NCBI RefSeq assembly: GCF_001194135.2 | Contig: NC_068993.1 | Span: 29,728,819-29,769,047 of the forward strand | Direction of reading: 5' to 3' | DNA length: 40,229 nucleotides | DNA from: Octopus bimaculoides | Lineage: Eukaryota | Shown: piece after piece, positions 1 through 9,639 of the stretch | How positions within the stretch are numbered: position 1 is the first letter of the stretch | Layout: each line of letters starts with the position of its first letter | Made by a program: the position numbers and the translations under genes | The notes under the pieces: generated by a model | Seen by the model: the letters and a program-made list of their open reading frames with translations, nothing else | Databases searched by the model: none | Told to the model about the DNA's origin: nothing

Positions 1-223
1 CTTCACAGCGTACCTCTCTTCCGTCGACTGTCCTCACACTGCTTTCTCCACTCCACGTCTCTACCACTCCCGGAGTCATCAGGGTCGTTGTACAGCCTGT
101 GTCCACGAGGGCACGCGACATCTTCCCATCCACTAGCACATCAACAACGCGTAGAAAAAAATGCGCCTTTATTGATCCGAAGGGACGACCACTGGTGCAG
201 TAGTCTCCCTTAGACCGTTTCCC
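1..223 (-). CDS. pol: Start of pro/pol in the -1 frame relative to gag (aspartic protease)
   Basis: My translation: GKRSKGDYCTSGRPFGSIKAHFFLRVVDVLVDGKMSRALVDTGCTTTLMTPGVVETWSGESSVRTVDGREVRCE, open to the window edge, with a D-T-G active site. Not in the ORF track. Confidence 0.85.
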
Positions 224-917
224 TGCAGACATTTGCTGGCTATATGTCCCGTTTCTCGACAACGGTAGCAAATGACCTCAGGCTTGGGTAACTTGCAGTC
301 TCGCACCATGTGTGGGCCCTGACACCGGAAACACTGTCCTTTGAACGGTCGCACACGTTCCTTGTTCGACCCCTCTCCGCTACTCCTTGGTCGGCCACCT
401 TTTGCTGTTGCCGTTGCTGCCAACGATGTCGATCTACAACACGAAACTAACATACGAGCCCTCGTTATTATATCCGCCATGGGCATGGCTTTCACGTCCG
501 GCAGTTTCTGCAATTCGACCGACATGTGGTCAGGAAACCCAGTTACAAATGCCAACTTTACTGTTCGATCCACCGATTCTCTCTCGTACCCCTCCAGTCT
601 AGCCAACCTCCTAAGTTCGTTGGCAAACACGTCGACCTGTTCGCCGGTCCACTTCGCTCTCCCCAGGCAAGCGTACGCCTCAAACATTCCTTCTGCGAAG
701 GCCTCCATCAAGCGGATTTCTATTTTCTCCGCGCTAACTTGGTCCCTCTCTTCTATCTCTAAAAATAGTGCCAACGCCGGACCATCCAAATACAGTGGTA
801 GAAAGTTTGCCAAGTCGCCTATCCCTTGGAGCTTCGCGACCAGCTTCATTTTTTTTAGCCACGCGACCACATCTGTGTCGCCGCAAAACGGTTTAATGAT
901 ATCACTAGAAATCCGGA
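169..917 (-). CDS. gag: Gag of Gypsy element A (start hidden in the N-gap 918-998)
   Basis: IIKPFCGDTDVVAWLKKMKLVAKLQ capsid-like region; zinc knuckles CFRCQGPHMVRDC and CYRCRETGHIASKC; stop TAA at 169-171. Confidence 0.88.
181..223 (-). promoter_or_regulatory. -1 ribosomal frameshift signal (G_GGA_AAC heptamer plus stem-loop)
   Basis: Heptamer at 217-223 in the gag frame, 6-nt spacer, hairpin 181-210; the -1 frame opens into the protease. Confidence 0.8.
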
Positions 918-1015
918 NNNNNNNNNNNNNNNNNNNNNNNNNNNNNNNNNNNNNNNNNNNNNNNNNNNNNNNNNNNNNNNNNNNNNNNNNNNNNNNNNTA
1001 TGGGTCGAAATAGCT

Positions 1016-1309
1016 TGTGGTGTGATGGAGGAAAAAGACAAGAAGCAAAAGGACAGAATGAAACGTTGGACCTTACCTTGTCGACCGCAGTGGAGTACAC
1101 GATCGCTCTTGATCAAAATACGTCTTTGTCGTAACCTGTCTGTTTTCTCACTGACCCACGTGCTGGCCTTCGACAGCATGTGTCCGACTTCCGGTCTGAC
1201 CCTTCCGGTCTGGCCCTTCCGGTCTGGCCCTTCCGGTCTGGCTTCACTTCTGTTTGCCTCACCTCTCTCCACCAACAACACACAGCTCATCACAGCCCAT
1301 AACACCACA
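1016..1309 (-). repeat. 5' LTR of Gypsy element A (294 bp)
   Basis: Termini TGTGGTGTTATGG...CCATCACACCACA (12/13 inverted match, TG...CA), directly upstream of gag. The second LTR is outside the window. Confidence 0.8.
1187..1242 (-). repeat. Four 14-bp tandem units in LTR A, each with an ETS-type CCGGAAG core
   Basis: (CCTTCCGGTCTGGC)-like unit x4; the terminal unit reads ACCGGAAGT on the minus strand. Confidence 0.8.
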
Positions 1310-2860
1310 GGAACAATGAAATTGTATGCCTTTCTCTCGACAAATCTGTAGAACATCAGTAGGCAGCCTGCAGAACTATGTGCGGACCATGAAACAACAC
1401 ATCAGTAATATGAGAGAGGTTGCACCACAAGAACATGTAAAAGTAGAGAAACTTCTCAGGACACACATGGGAATGTGGTGCAACATATTCCAACCAAAAA
1501 ATTGGATCACACAAAATTTACTAACATCCAACAACAATGTTCCCACTCTATGGGTTACAGAACGACCATAAATCCTTCACAAACCCTGTTACAGAGCCTC
1601 CAGCCTAGCTGGTTCATGGGGAGAATATTTCCAGCAACTATAGGCTGTCCTACTCCCTCTTGCAGGTATTGTGACTGCTCATTGAGATGTCCCCGGATGT
1701 CTGTGTGAGCACTGAAGACTTTCTCAGTAGAGTCAATAAGTGTGTAGCAAGATCAATTTCTATTACGGGATATTAGAGTCGACTAGCCTTTTATAGGCTC
1801 CACACATTAATCTGTAATGGCTGGTCGTCTGACCAATCATTTGAGTTTGGAACATTGGTTGAGTCCTGTACTTTTATTGGTCAAGTATTGTGCAGGATTG
1901 GATTGAGGATCCAATCACATACATAATACATTCTAAAACAACTAACCTGATTCAATACTGGAGCATACCTCTGCATATATATTAAGTTAACAAAACATCT
2001 ATGACAGAGAGATTTTCATGAAGATGAATCATGTTATTTTTCTGCCAATATAATGAAATACATGTAACCAACGATGGCCAGAGCTGAATTATTCAAACAA
2101 TGGATGACTATACAACTACCAATATCGATGATGTGTTTATTTTGTCCACTGAATTATTTAGCAGAGAAATAAAGTCTCACTGTTTGTTTCTTCTATTATT
2201 TCCATGAATGTATACAGGGTGTTCAAAAAGTCTCTCCGCAGAGAGACTTTTTAGAGACAGCATCAACACCAAGAGATATTGCTCAAATATTGTCTATCCA
2301 TTTGTAGGCCAACTCACTGGAAGTGAAATTAATAATGCATACTTTCAGCAAAATTGAGCTACAGCACTTACTTTGTGCATTACCATGGTGCTACTTCAAG
2401 AATTTTTCAGTGAACGGATTATTTCGAAGGGACTTTCGCCACCAAGATCACCTGATTTAACACTGCCAGACTTTTTTTTCTGGGGAGCAAGTAAAAGATC
2501 AGTGTACAAGAATCACCCAAAATCCATTAATGAGCTAAAAGACACAATCATAACCTTCACACAGTCCATACCGTATCAGACTCTCTGAGATGTATTTCAA
2601 AACGTGTAGAAGAGTCAACTTATGTATTGAAAATGAAGGATGACACTTTCAACACCTCTTATAAAGTTTTTTAAAGTCTCGTAAATTCTAATATATTCTT
2701 TTGTAGTCTTATACCATCTTATAAATATGCAGATATGAACAGCATATGGGAACCGGTATTAAGGAAGGATAGGAGAATATTAGATTTATAAGCCCTAAAA
2801 TCCATAATTGCCCACGGGCATANNNNNNNNNNATAAGCCCTAAAATCCATAATTGCCCAC

Positions 2861-2933
2861 GGGCATATAGCGTAGTGGTTAAGAGCACGGGCTACTAACC
2901 CCAAGATTCTGAGTTCAATTCCAGGCAGCGACC
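2861..2933 (+). repeat. tRNA-derived (Pol III promoter-like) segment, not a functional tRNA gene
   Basis: A-box TAGCGTAGTGG, anticodon-like arm GGG-CTACTAA-CCC, B-box GAGTTCAATTCC; poor acceptor stem; followed by (AAT)n. Confidence 0.7.
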
Positions 2934-3013
2934 TGAATAATGATAATAATAATAATAATAATAACATCGAAAAATACCTTAGGAATGAGAACCCAAGTTC
3001 AAAATTTCCCAAA

Positions 3014-3059
3014 GACACCTGATGAAGGCTGGAGGGTATATCAGCCGAAACGTTGTGTT
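3014..3059 (+). ncRNA. Minimal type I hammerhead ribozyme motif (PLE-type), extra A after A9, GUU site
   Basis: GACAC-CTGATGA-A-GGCTG(10-nt loop)CAGCC-GAAA-CG-TT-GTGTT; stem I GACAC/GTGTT; palindromic stem III ACGT. Confidence 0.7.
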
Positions 3060-4104
3060 AACAACAAACAAGATGAGGATAAATATCCATCAATTGTAAA
3101 TAATGTTATCAATATTTATTTTGTAATAAAATGCTTACTGCAGAGAGATTTTTTTAACACCCTGTATAACGGTATGCAAGATTCCATAGTAAACCAAGGG
3201 AGGTCTTATACCTACACAGCTAAAAGTGAACCACTCCAACGACCTCACAGGTTGTGTGGTAGATAGCATGGATGTGATATCATTCTGTCTACTGACATAT
3301 ATTTTGCTGTGGTGAAATGCATAGAAATAATCTGTGAGAATGAAGTAGAGTTCCACAAAGTTAACACAAAGGAACTGGACCTCCTCCTAAGATTACCCTT
3401 TGACTTTAATTACCTGGACAATCATGACTTAGTAGATTTTGACCCACCAGGTATGAATGGGGAAAACCACCCACCATCACATCATCAAAATGCTGGAGTG
3501 GCTGGACAATATCCAGAGAACAGCAATTAGGTGAGAAAGATGGTAGCACATGCAATAGGCACTAGCATAAAAACCGCTTTGAAAAAACACATAATCAAGT
3601 TCAGTAAGAAATTGTATATGCAGGTGCAAGGAATAACCATTGGTGTTGGTATGGCTGGAGACAAGGCTGGCCTCTTCTTGACCTGGTGAGACAGAAAACT
3701 TGGGCAATCTCTTGGTGAACACTCTATAGCAATATTACTATACAAATGATATCAATATTCTAGTGGTCCCATGTGGTCAAGAGGAGTACAATGGAAAGCA
3801 TCCAGCACATGGCTAACTGCATCCACCAGAGTATCAAAGTAACAATAGATTACCACACTAGACTCGCTGTCCTTGATACCAAACTTTAGTTAGAGACTAC
3901 AAACAACAAAGTTCAACTCCTCCACTCCTATTACATAAAAGCCATAGCTTCCAAATATGTTATTCACAAGAACTCAGCTTTGTTGCACAATGTGAAGATA
4001 CACACACACAAACTCTTCATTTATTCTCACCCTTACCTCCTCTTCTAAACAAACACACATCTACAAGCATGCATACACACAGACATAAGACCACTTCTCA
4101 GACA

Positions 4105-4335
4105 GATCTTGAGCCTTGGAACAAGAGGGGAAGTTGCTAACTCAGACAAGGTTGCAAACAGCATTGAAACATACTAATAGCAGACTTAGTTAGGATAATG
4201 AACAATGTCCCCACTGCACAAACCTTATGAAATAAAGAGACATGTACAGGACTTCATGCACCACATGCAGTTCTCTGCAGACCTTGGAACAAGAGGGGAA
4301 GTTACTAAGTCACTCACATGGTTGTGAATAGCAAT
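4105..4335 (+). repeat. Diverged direct duplication, unit about 175 bp
   Basis: CCTTGGAACAAGAGGGGAAGTT(G/A)CTAA occurs at about 4114 and 4283 with similar downstream sequence. Confidence 0.55.
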
Positions 4336-4562
4336 GAAAGAACTTTGTCTAAGAAACAACCAATTGATTGTTTAACGAGAACATCAACTGAACAATTGAT
4401 TAGTTAATTGGTAAGATATTTAACTTATCAACTAACAATGGAATTGAATCTGTGCATGTGTTATTATTATTGGCATAATGATTTTACCAAGACACAACAA
4501 AATATATGTATTTTGTTGTCTTGGGAAAGTCATTAAAAAAAAGAATTTCTAAAATTTTTTCT

Positions 4563-4853
4563 CAGAAATCTTTTGCCGGGCCACGCAAGATGAAAGAACG
4601 AACACACACACACACACAAACATATTTAGTCTTCGGATACATCAACTCCAGATGTATCCTGATTCCATTCTTCTAGCAACTCGAAGCAAGTTGCCAAAAA
4701 TGTAATGTAGTGGCAAATAATATTTACTAACACCAGCAAATAAAAAAATATTATAGTTGAACCAGTTATCACTTTGTTATTTCACAGGCAAACACATGCC
4801 TATTGCACTGACACGATAACAAAAACATACCACATTTTGGTGGCACCACTACA
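4563..4853 (+). repeat. 5' LTR of element B, truncated on its 5' side
   Basis: Near-identical to 9345-9639 (about 7 substitutions counted by eye, all transitions, plus small indels including CA-repeat length); ends CCACTACA. Confidence 0.9.
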
Positions 4854-4857
4854 TTTT

Positions 4858-4866
4858 TGGTGACCC
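4858..4866 (+). promoter_or_regulatory. Primer-binding site, tRNA-Trp type
   Basis: TGGTGACCC matches the first 9 nt of the complement of the eukaryotic tRNA-Trp 3' end (TGGTGACCCCGACGTGAT); 4 nt after the LTR end. Confidence 0.75.
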
Positions 4867-5066
4867 TGTCACAGAATTCCGGCCTTCCCTGGAACCAGCT
4901 TCAACCGAAGAATAACAGCCTGCACATCATCTGTCAACAAAACAACTGAGAATTCCTGCGAACACAATGGCTCTCCCAGATCAGAATCCAGCGGTGAACA
5001 TATCTCCTACCGACATGGCATTCCAGGCAGCGATTCCTTCCACCAACCCTTTCCTTTCGTTGTCCA

Positions 5067-6096
5067 GTGATTCGGAAATTTCCGACTTGCGTGCATTGGT
5101 CACTCAGCCAGGAACTGAATGTGACGGAAGTTCCTGGTTCACACCCACAACGTCGCCTGTTTTTCGTTTGCGATCGTGTAACAGGCACACGTTTCCTGGT
5201 TGATACCGGCGCAGAAGTCAGCATAGTCCCTGTTTCCAGCATTTCAGGAAAATGAAAGGAGACACCAGTCTGTCTTCAGGCAGTTAATCACTCGCCGATC
5301 CAAACTTACGGTGAACAGTCCCTAACGCTGAACTTGGGATTACGCCGCACCTTCCAGTGGGTATTTGTCATCGCCAAACTGCCGACCCCTATCTTAGGAG
5401 CCGATTTCTTGCATCATTTCGGTCTCCTAGTAGACATACAAAATAGACGACTTGTCGACAGCACCACACAGCTTACTGTGCATGGTATAGCCGCTCGTAT
5501 GGCCACAGTCAGCCCAACCATATTGCTTTCAACAACGACTCGTCACAGTACCATCCTGAAACAGTATCCGGACGTCGCTCAACCAGTATTCCATAACCAG
5601 CCGATCAAGCACGACATCACCCACCACATCAAGACCACATCTCTTTGCAAATTAAGGGAGTTCCTCGGTCTCGTAAATTTTTATTGGAGATTTTTACCTC
5701 ACCTTGCCGAGATAGCGCAACCGCTCATGGATTTGCTACGTCAGCGAACTTGCAAAAACACCGAAATTGCCCTGGATGAAGATCAACTCGCCTCTTTCGC
5801 CGCCCTGAAAAAAGCATTATCCAACGCCACTATGCTGGTGTATCCGAAACCAGATGCCCCGCTATGTTTACTTGTCGATGCATCCGATTCTGGAATAGGA
5901 GGCATCCTACAGCAGCTTGTTGATGGCATATGGCAACCGTTGTCTTTCTTTTCTTATCGATTAAAACCTGCCGAAACGAAATACAGTACCTTCAGTCGGG
6001 AATTATTGGCGGCATACCTGGCCGTTAAGCATTTCCGACACATGCTAGAGGGTACCAATTTTGCCATATACACCGATCACAAACCACTGGTGTATG
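5067..6096 (+). pseudogene. pol: pol 5' part: protease, RT with core deleted, connection and RNase H
   Basis: FLVDTGAEVSIVP; premature TGA 5253-5255; ILGADFLHHFGL; HHIKTT fused directly to LREFLGLVNFY near 5640; LVDASDSGIGG, YSTFSRELLA, TDHKPL. Confidence 0.9.
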
Positions 6097-6888
6097 GGAT
6101 CTTTGTGATTTGACGGGCAACATTTTTTTATGTAGTGTTTTTGGTACTGAAACACTTTCAAACTTCGAATACTTTTATATTATGTGTTATAGAACAGATA
6201 AAAAATTTTGTATTCTAAGTTATTTCATGCAAAAAATTGTCGTATTTCGGTAATTTCAACCAATCACTGACATCTATTGAGGTGAAAACAATTACGCCGA
6301 AGAATGTAAACAACGGTGTTACGGGATTTTTTCCCTTGAATAAAATTAGTGCCGTTGTTTGTCAACAAAAACTATCCATTGTCAACAACAACTATAAGTG
6401 GTATATATTTCGTTTGTTACTGTTATTTATGACATCGTTCGTGCGTTTGTACTGGTTTTAGCTTTAGGGTTTTAGGGTTAGGGTTCGGGTTTTAGAGTTA
6501 GGGTTAGTTTTAGGATTACGGTTACGGTTATGATTATTTTTGCCATAACCTTAACTCTAACCCTATAACTCATAACCATAACCCTAACCCTAACCCCAAC
6601 CCTAACCCTAAAACCCTAAACCCTTACTAGGGAATAATGATATAATTAAACAGGGAATAACACACTTGACACCAAACAGCACTAACTGTATTCAGCTGAA
6701 TAGACGTCAGTGATTGGTTGAAATTACAGAAATACGACAACTTTAACATAAAATAACTTGCGATGTACAATTTTTTGTTAAGAAGGTTAAGAGAAGAAGT
6801 TGTTTTATATGACACATTCTACCAGTGTCCCAAGTTTGAAAGTGTTTCGTTAAGAAAACAAGTGTTGCCCGTCAAATCACAAAGATCC
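6097..6888. mobile_element. 792-bp MITE with 26-bp TIRs, 8-bp TSD and central head-to-head telomere-like repeats; superfamily tentatively Merlin-like
   Basis: TIR GGATCTTTGTGATTTGACGGGCAACA / TGTTGCCCGTCAAATCACAAAGATCC; TSD GGTGTATG at 6089-6096 and 6889-6896; removal restores TDHKPLVYAFNTKPDRHS in frame. Confidence 0.92.
6462..6625. repeat. Degenerate (TTAGGG)n followed by (CCCTAA)n
   Basis: TTAGGGTTTTAGGGTTAGGGTTCGGG... to about 6530, then ...CCCTAACCCTAACCCCAACCCTAACCCTAAAACCCTAAACCC from about 6545. Confidence 0.85.
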
Positions 6889-8365
6889 GGTGTATGCATT
6901 TAACACCAAGCCTGATCGCCACTCACTGAGAGAAATCCACCACCTCGACTTCATATCACAATATACGACGGATATTTCCCACATCAAAGGGACGACTAAC
7001 TTAGCAGCCGATGCACTTTCCCGAACGCAGATCAATGCTATCCACACCACGGCTACAATTGATCTGGCTAGTATAGCAGCTGAACAGGAGAATGACAAAG
7101 AACTTCTAAAGCTCCGGAATTCGTCATCTCCCAAATTTCAGCATGTTCCACTACCATCGTCCTCGGCCCATATTTGGTGTGATATCTCCACCGGTCACCA
7201 ACACCCTTATGTACCACAAAAACATTGTCGTGAAGTTTTCTCTGCTCTGCATTCTCTGTCACATCCTGGTATTCGCTCCACTCAAAAGCTGATATCGACC
7301 CGTTTTGTGTAGACCAATATCAACGAGGACATCAGAGAATGGACCAAGTGCTGTGTCGCGTGCCAAAAAGCAAAAATCCACCGGCACATAAAATCACCAA
7401 TCGGTTCCTTTTCGCAACCCGACGCACGATTTCAGCATGTTCATATTGATATTGTAGGACCTCTGCCACCTTCGCAGAATTATACTCATTTACTCACCTG
7501 CGTGGACCATTTTTCGCAATGGCCCAAAGCTTGGCCCTTATCCGATACATCGGCAGAATCGGTCGCCAAAACGCTGATATCACAATGGGTTTCGCGTTTT
7601 GGCACACCCGCAACAATCACCACAGACAGAGGACGTCAGTTTGATTCCCACCTTTTCGCTGAACTGACTCATCTACTCGGGTGCAAACACACCCGCACTA
7701 CTGCTTACCACCCTGCAGCAAATGGCATGGTTGAACGCTTCCACCGCCAATTCAAAGCAGCTATTAAAGCATCTGCAGACTCTTCTAACTGGCTGGAACA
7801 TCTCCCCCTCATCCTCCTTGGTATTCGATCCATGGTTAAGGAGGAAGTTGGACATACTCCGGCAGAACTAGTCTACGGCACAGCACTCACCTTACCAGGG
7901 CAGATGATCGAACCTGTTGCATCACAACACCTTCCTGACCCAGCACAATATGTGCACCGATTGCGGACATTCATGTCGCATTTGTCACCTGCAGGCCCCA
8001 GACAACAGAACGTCGTTTCACATGTTCCAAAAGATATCAACACTTGGACTCATGTTTTTGTGAGAAACGATGGCATACCATCTCAACTCCGGCCACCATA
8101 TTCCGGGCCGTACAAAGTCATCAAAAGAGAACCCAAGTATTTCGTTCTCGATATCGGAGGTAAACGAAATACAGTATCAATTGATCGTTTGAAAAAAGCC
8201 TTCATTGAGGACGACTTACATTCAGTTCCCTCTGTTCCTCGAACAGGCTCACCAACCCCAGCAAACACTACAGATTCTGCACAACCCCGGCACACCAAAT
8301 CAGGAAGAATTGTTCGCTGGCCCGCAAGGTTTGTGCAAGTTTTTCGGGTAAGTCCCAATTCTTAA
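6889..8365 (+). pseudogene. pol: pol 3' part: RNase H end and integrase
   Basis: HIKGTTNLAADALSR; HHCC zinc region (HSLSHPG...CVACQK); [30 protein letters not shown]; GPY(K)V motif; one premature TAG at 7310-7312 in the same frame. Confidence 0.92.
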
Positions 8366-9005
8366 CCTACCCATCTTCTTTAAGGAAACGCATACATCAA
8401 CACATAACTCACATGACTGCATCACCTACATACAAACCCAAAGAAATCAACGAACATTTTGTATACATAAAAGAAAAGGAAAAATAAAAAAAACATTGTT
8501 CCACATCAGTGAAAAACTTTCTGTATGAACATTTAATGAACATTTCACAAGCGAACTTTTTTGATGAACATTTCTTTCATTTTTTGCATGTACATATGTT
8601 TTGCTTTCTTTTAAAACTGTTTTGCTTTCTTGTAAAAATATTTTGCTATCTGATGCTTACACACACTTGCAACAGTCACATTCTCACTTGTGCTACCATT
8701 TGATCTTTTGCGCCACTGAAATACAACCTGCCTCTATTTAGATCTCTTGTGGGTCGAGTAATCAATAGATGCACATCTCTTTCAACGCGCCAACATGTTT
8801 CTGCCTGGGCACATATATGCATTGCCCACCATATAGCACACACCAACAATGACTCTTTGCTTCATATTTTTTATATCCAATGTTTTTGACATTCATTTGT
8901 CTGTTGCACCTTGTAAAATTTTTTCTGCATACACAAAAAGATAACATTTCCAATATCGTTCAATCTCTGTGGCTTTCTCACTAGAANNNNNNNNNNGGGG
9001 GGTAG

Positions 9006-9639
9006 TGTAAAAATTAACACTTCCTTCTCCAAGCCTAGATTCGAAACCGAATCTAAGAATTCTCGGTCGTCCAAACCACCACGATCAACAGGCACGAAAA
9101 CAGGTTTTCTTTGTCCTGTCAAAAAGTGATTGATGATCTCCCTTTAACCTTTGACCTCATAGATGTCAGGCGAAGTTCAACTGGACAGCAACTGACCTAC
9201 TTAGGTACTAAGCCTGCTGCAGCATGCCCATCCTTCTAGCTGCCACGATTCTTATAAATTGAGTGGTCAACAAGACACCAGGAGACACAGACAGATGGAG
9301 ACTGTGATGCGTGCAGACCGAACCAGTGCTCTGCTACTATCAGACAGAGATCTTTTGCCGGGCCACGCAAGATGAAAGAACGAACACACACACACACACA
9401 CACGAACATATTTAGTCTTCGGATACATCAACTCCAGATGTATCCTGATTCCATTTTTCTAGCAACTCGAAGCAAGTTGCCAAAAATGTAATGTAGTGGC
9501 AAATAATATTTACTAACACCAGCAAATAAAAAAATGTTATAGTTGAACCAGTTATCACTTTGTTATTTCACAGGCAAACACATGCCTATCGCACCGACAC
9601 AATAACAAAAACATACCACATTTTGGTGGCACCACTACA
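9006..9639 (+). repeat. 3' LTR of element B (about 634 bp)
   Basis: TGTA...TACA termini, preceded by a G-run PPT. The PPT borders a 10-N gap, so the 5' boundary is less certain than the 3' one. Confidence 0.75.

Larger units (their letters stand above)
1..1309 (-). mobile_element. Ty3/Gypsy LTR retrotransposon A, 5' part (LTR, gag, start of pro/pol); runs off the window start
   Basis: LTR 1016-1309 with inverted termini, Gag with two CCHC knuckles, -1 frameshift signal, aspartic protease LVDTG motif. CpG-rich and without stops in the visible part. Confidence 0.9.
2215..3164 (+). mobile_element. Internally deleted Tc1/mariner-superfamily element with a nested insertion at about 2707-3115
   Basis: TIRs CAGGGTGTTCAAAAAGTCTCTC / GAGAGATTTTTTTAACACCCTG, TA on both sides; transposase C-terminus SPPRSPDLTLPDFFFWG at 2373-2640. 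Confidence 0.85.
1310..4005 (+). pseudogene. Decayed Penelope-like RT, split by later insertions (coding pieces about 1310-1770 and 3255-4005)
   Basis: Frameshifted pieces with PLE RT motifs: EIVCLSLDKS, LYGLQNDHK...NISSNYRLSY...VCVSTEDFLSRV, SMDV, KLYMQVQGITIGVGMAGDKAGLFLTW, TMESIQHMANCIHQSIKVTIDY, LHSYYIKAIASKYVIHKNSAL. Confidence 0.7.
4563..9639 (+). mobile_element. Ty3/Gypsy LTR retrotransposon B (CsRN1/Kabuki-like by tRNA-Trp PBS), internally deleted, non-autonomous
   Basis: Truncated 5' LTR 4563-4853, PBS TGGTGACCC, protease, RNase H, integrase, PPT GGGGGGTAG 8997-9005, 3' LTR. Most of gag and the RT core are missing. Confidence 0.92.

Noticed and set aside
999-1015. Non-canonical PBS of Gypsy A (AGCTATTTCGACCCATA, no TGG)
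   Set aside because: Truncated by the N-gap. Only a 6-nt match to the LTR interior and no convincing tRNA complement, so the priming mode cannot be called.
169-1356. 395-aa minus ORF and 336-aa plus ORF (341-1351) as single proteins
   Set aside because: Both run through the N-gap 918-998. The first fuses LTR sequence to gag; the second is the antisense shadow of gag.
2787-2867. 35-bp direct repeat around the 10-N gap
   Set aside because: An exact duplicate on both sides of a gap is a typical scaffolding overlap artefact.
2861-2933. Functional tRNA gene
   Set aside because: The acceptor stem is poor and it is embedded in a repeat; treated as tRNA-derived.
4706-4853. Short 148-bp LTR defined by TGTAGTGG...CCACTACA
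   Set aside because: Identity between the two LTR copies extends about 140 bp further upstream, and no PPT precedes the matching site at about 9492.
6462-6625. True chromosome fusion site or telomere
   Set aside because: The repeats lie inside an element with perfect TIRs and a TSD inserted in a retrotransposon ORF.
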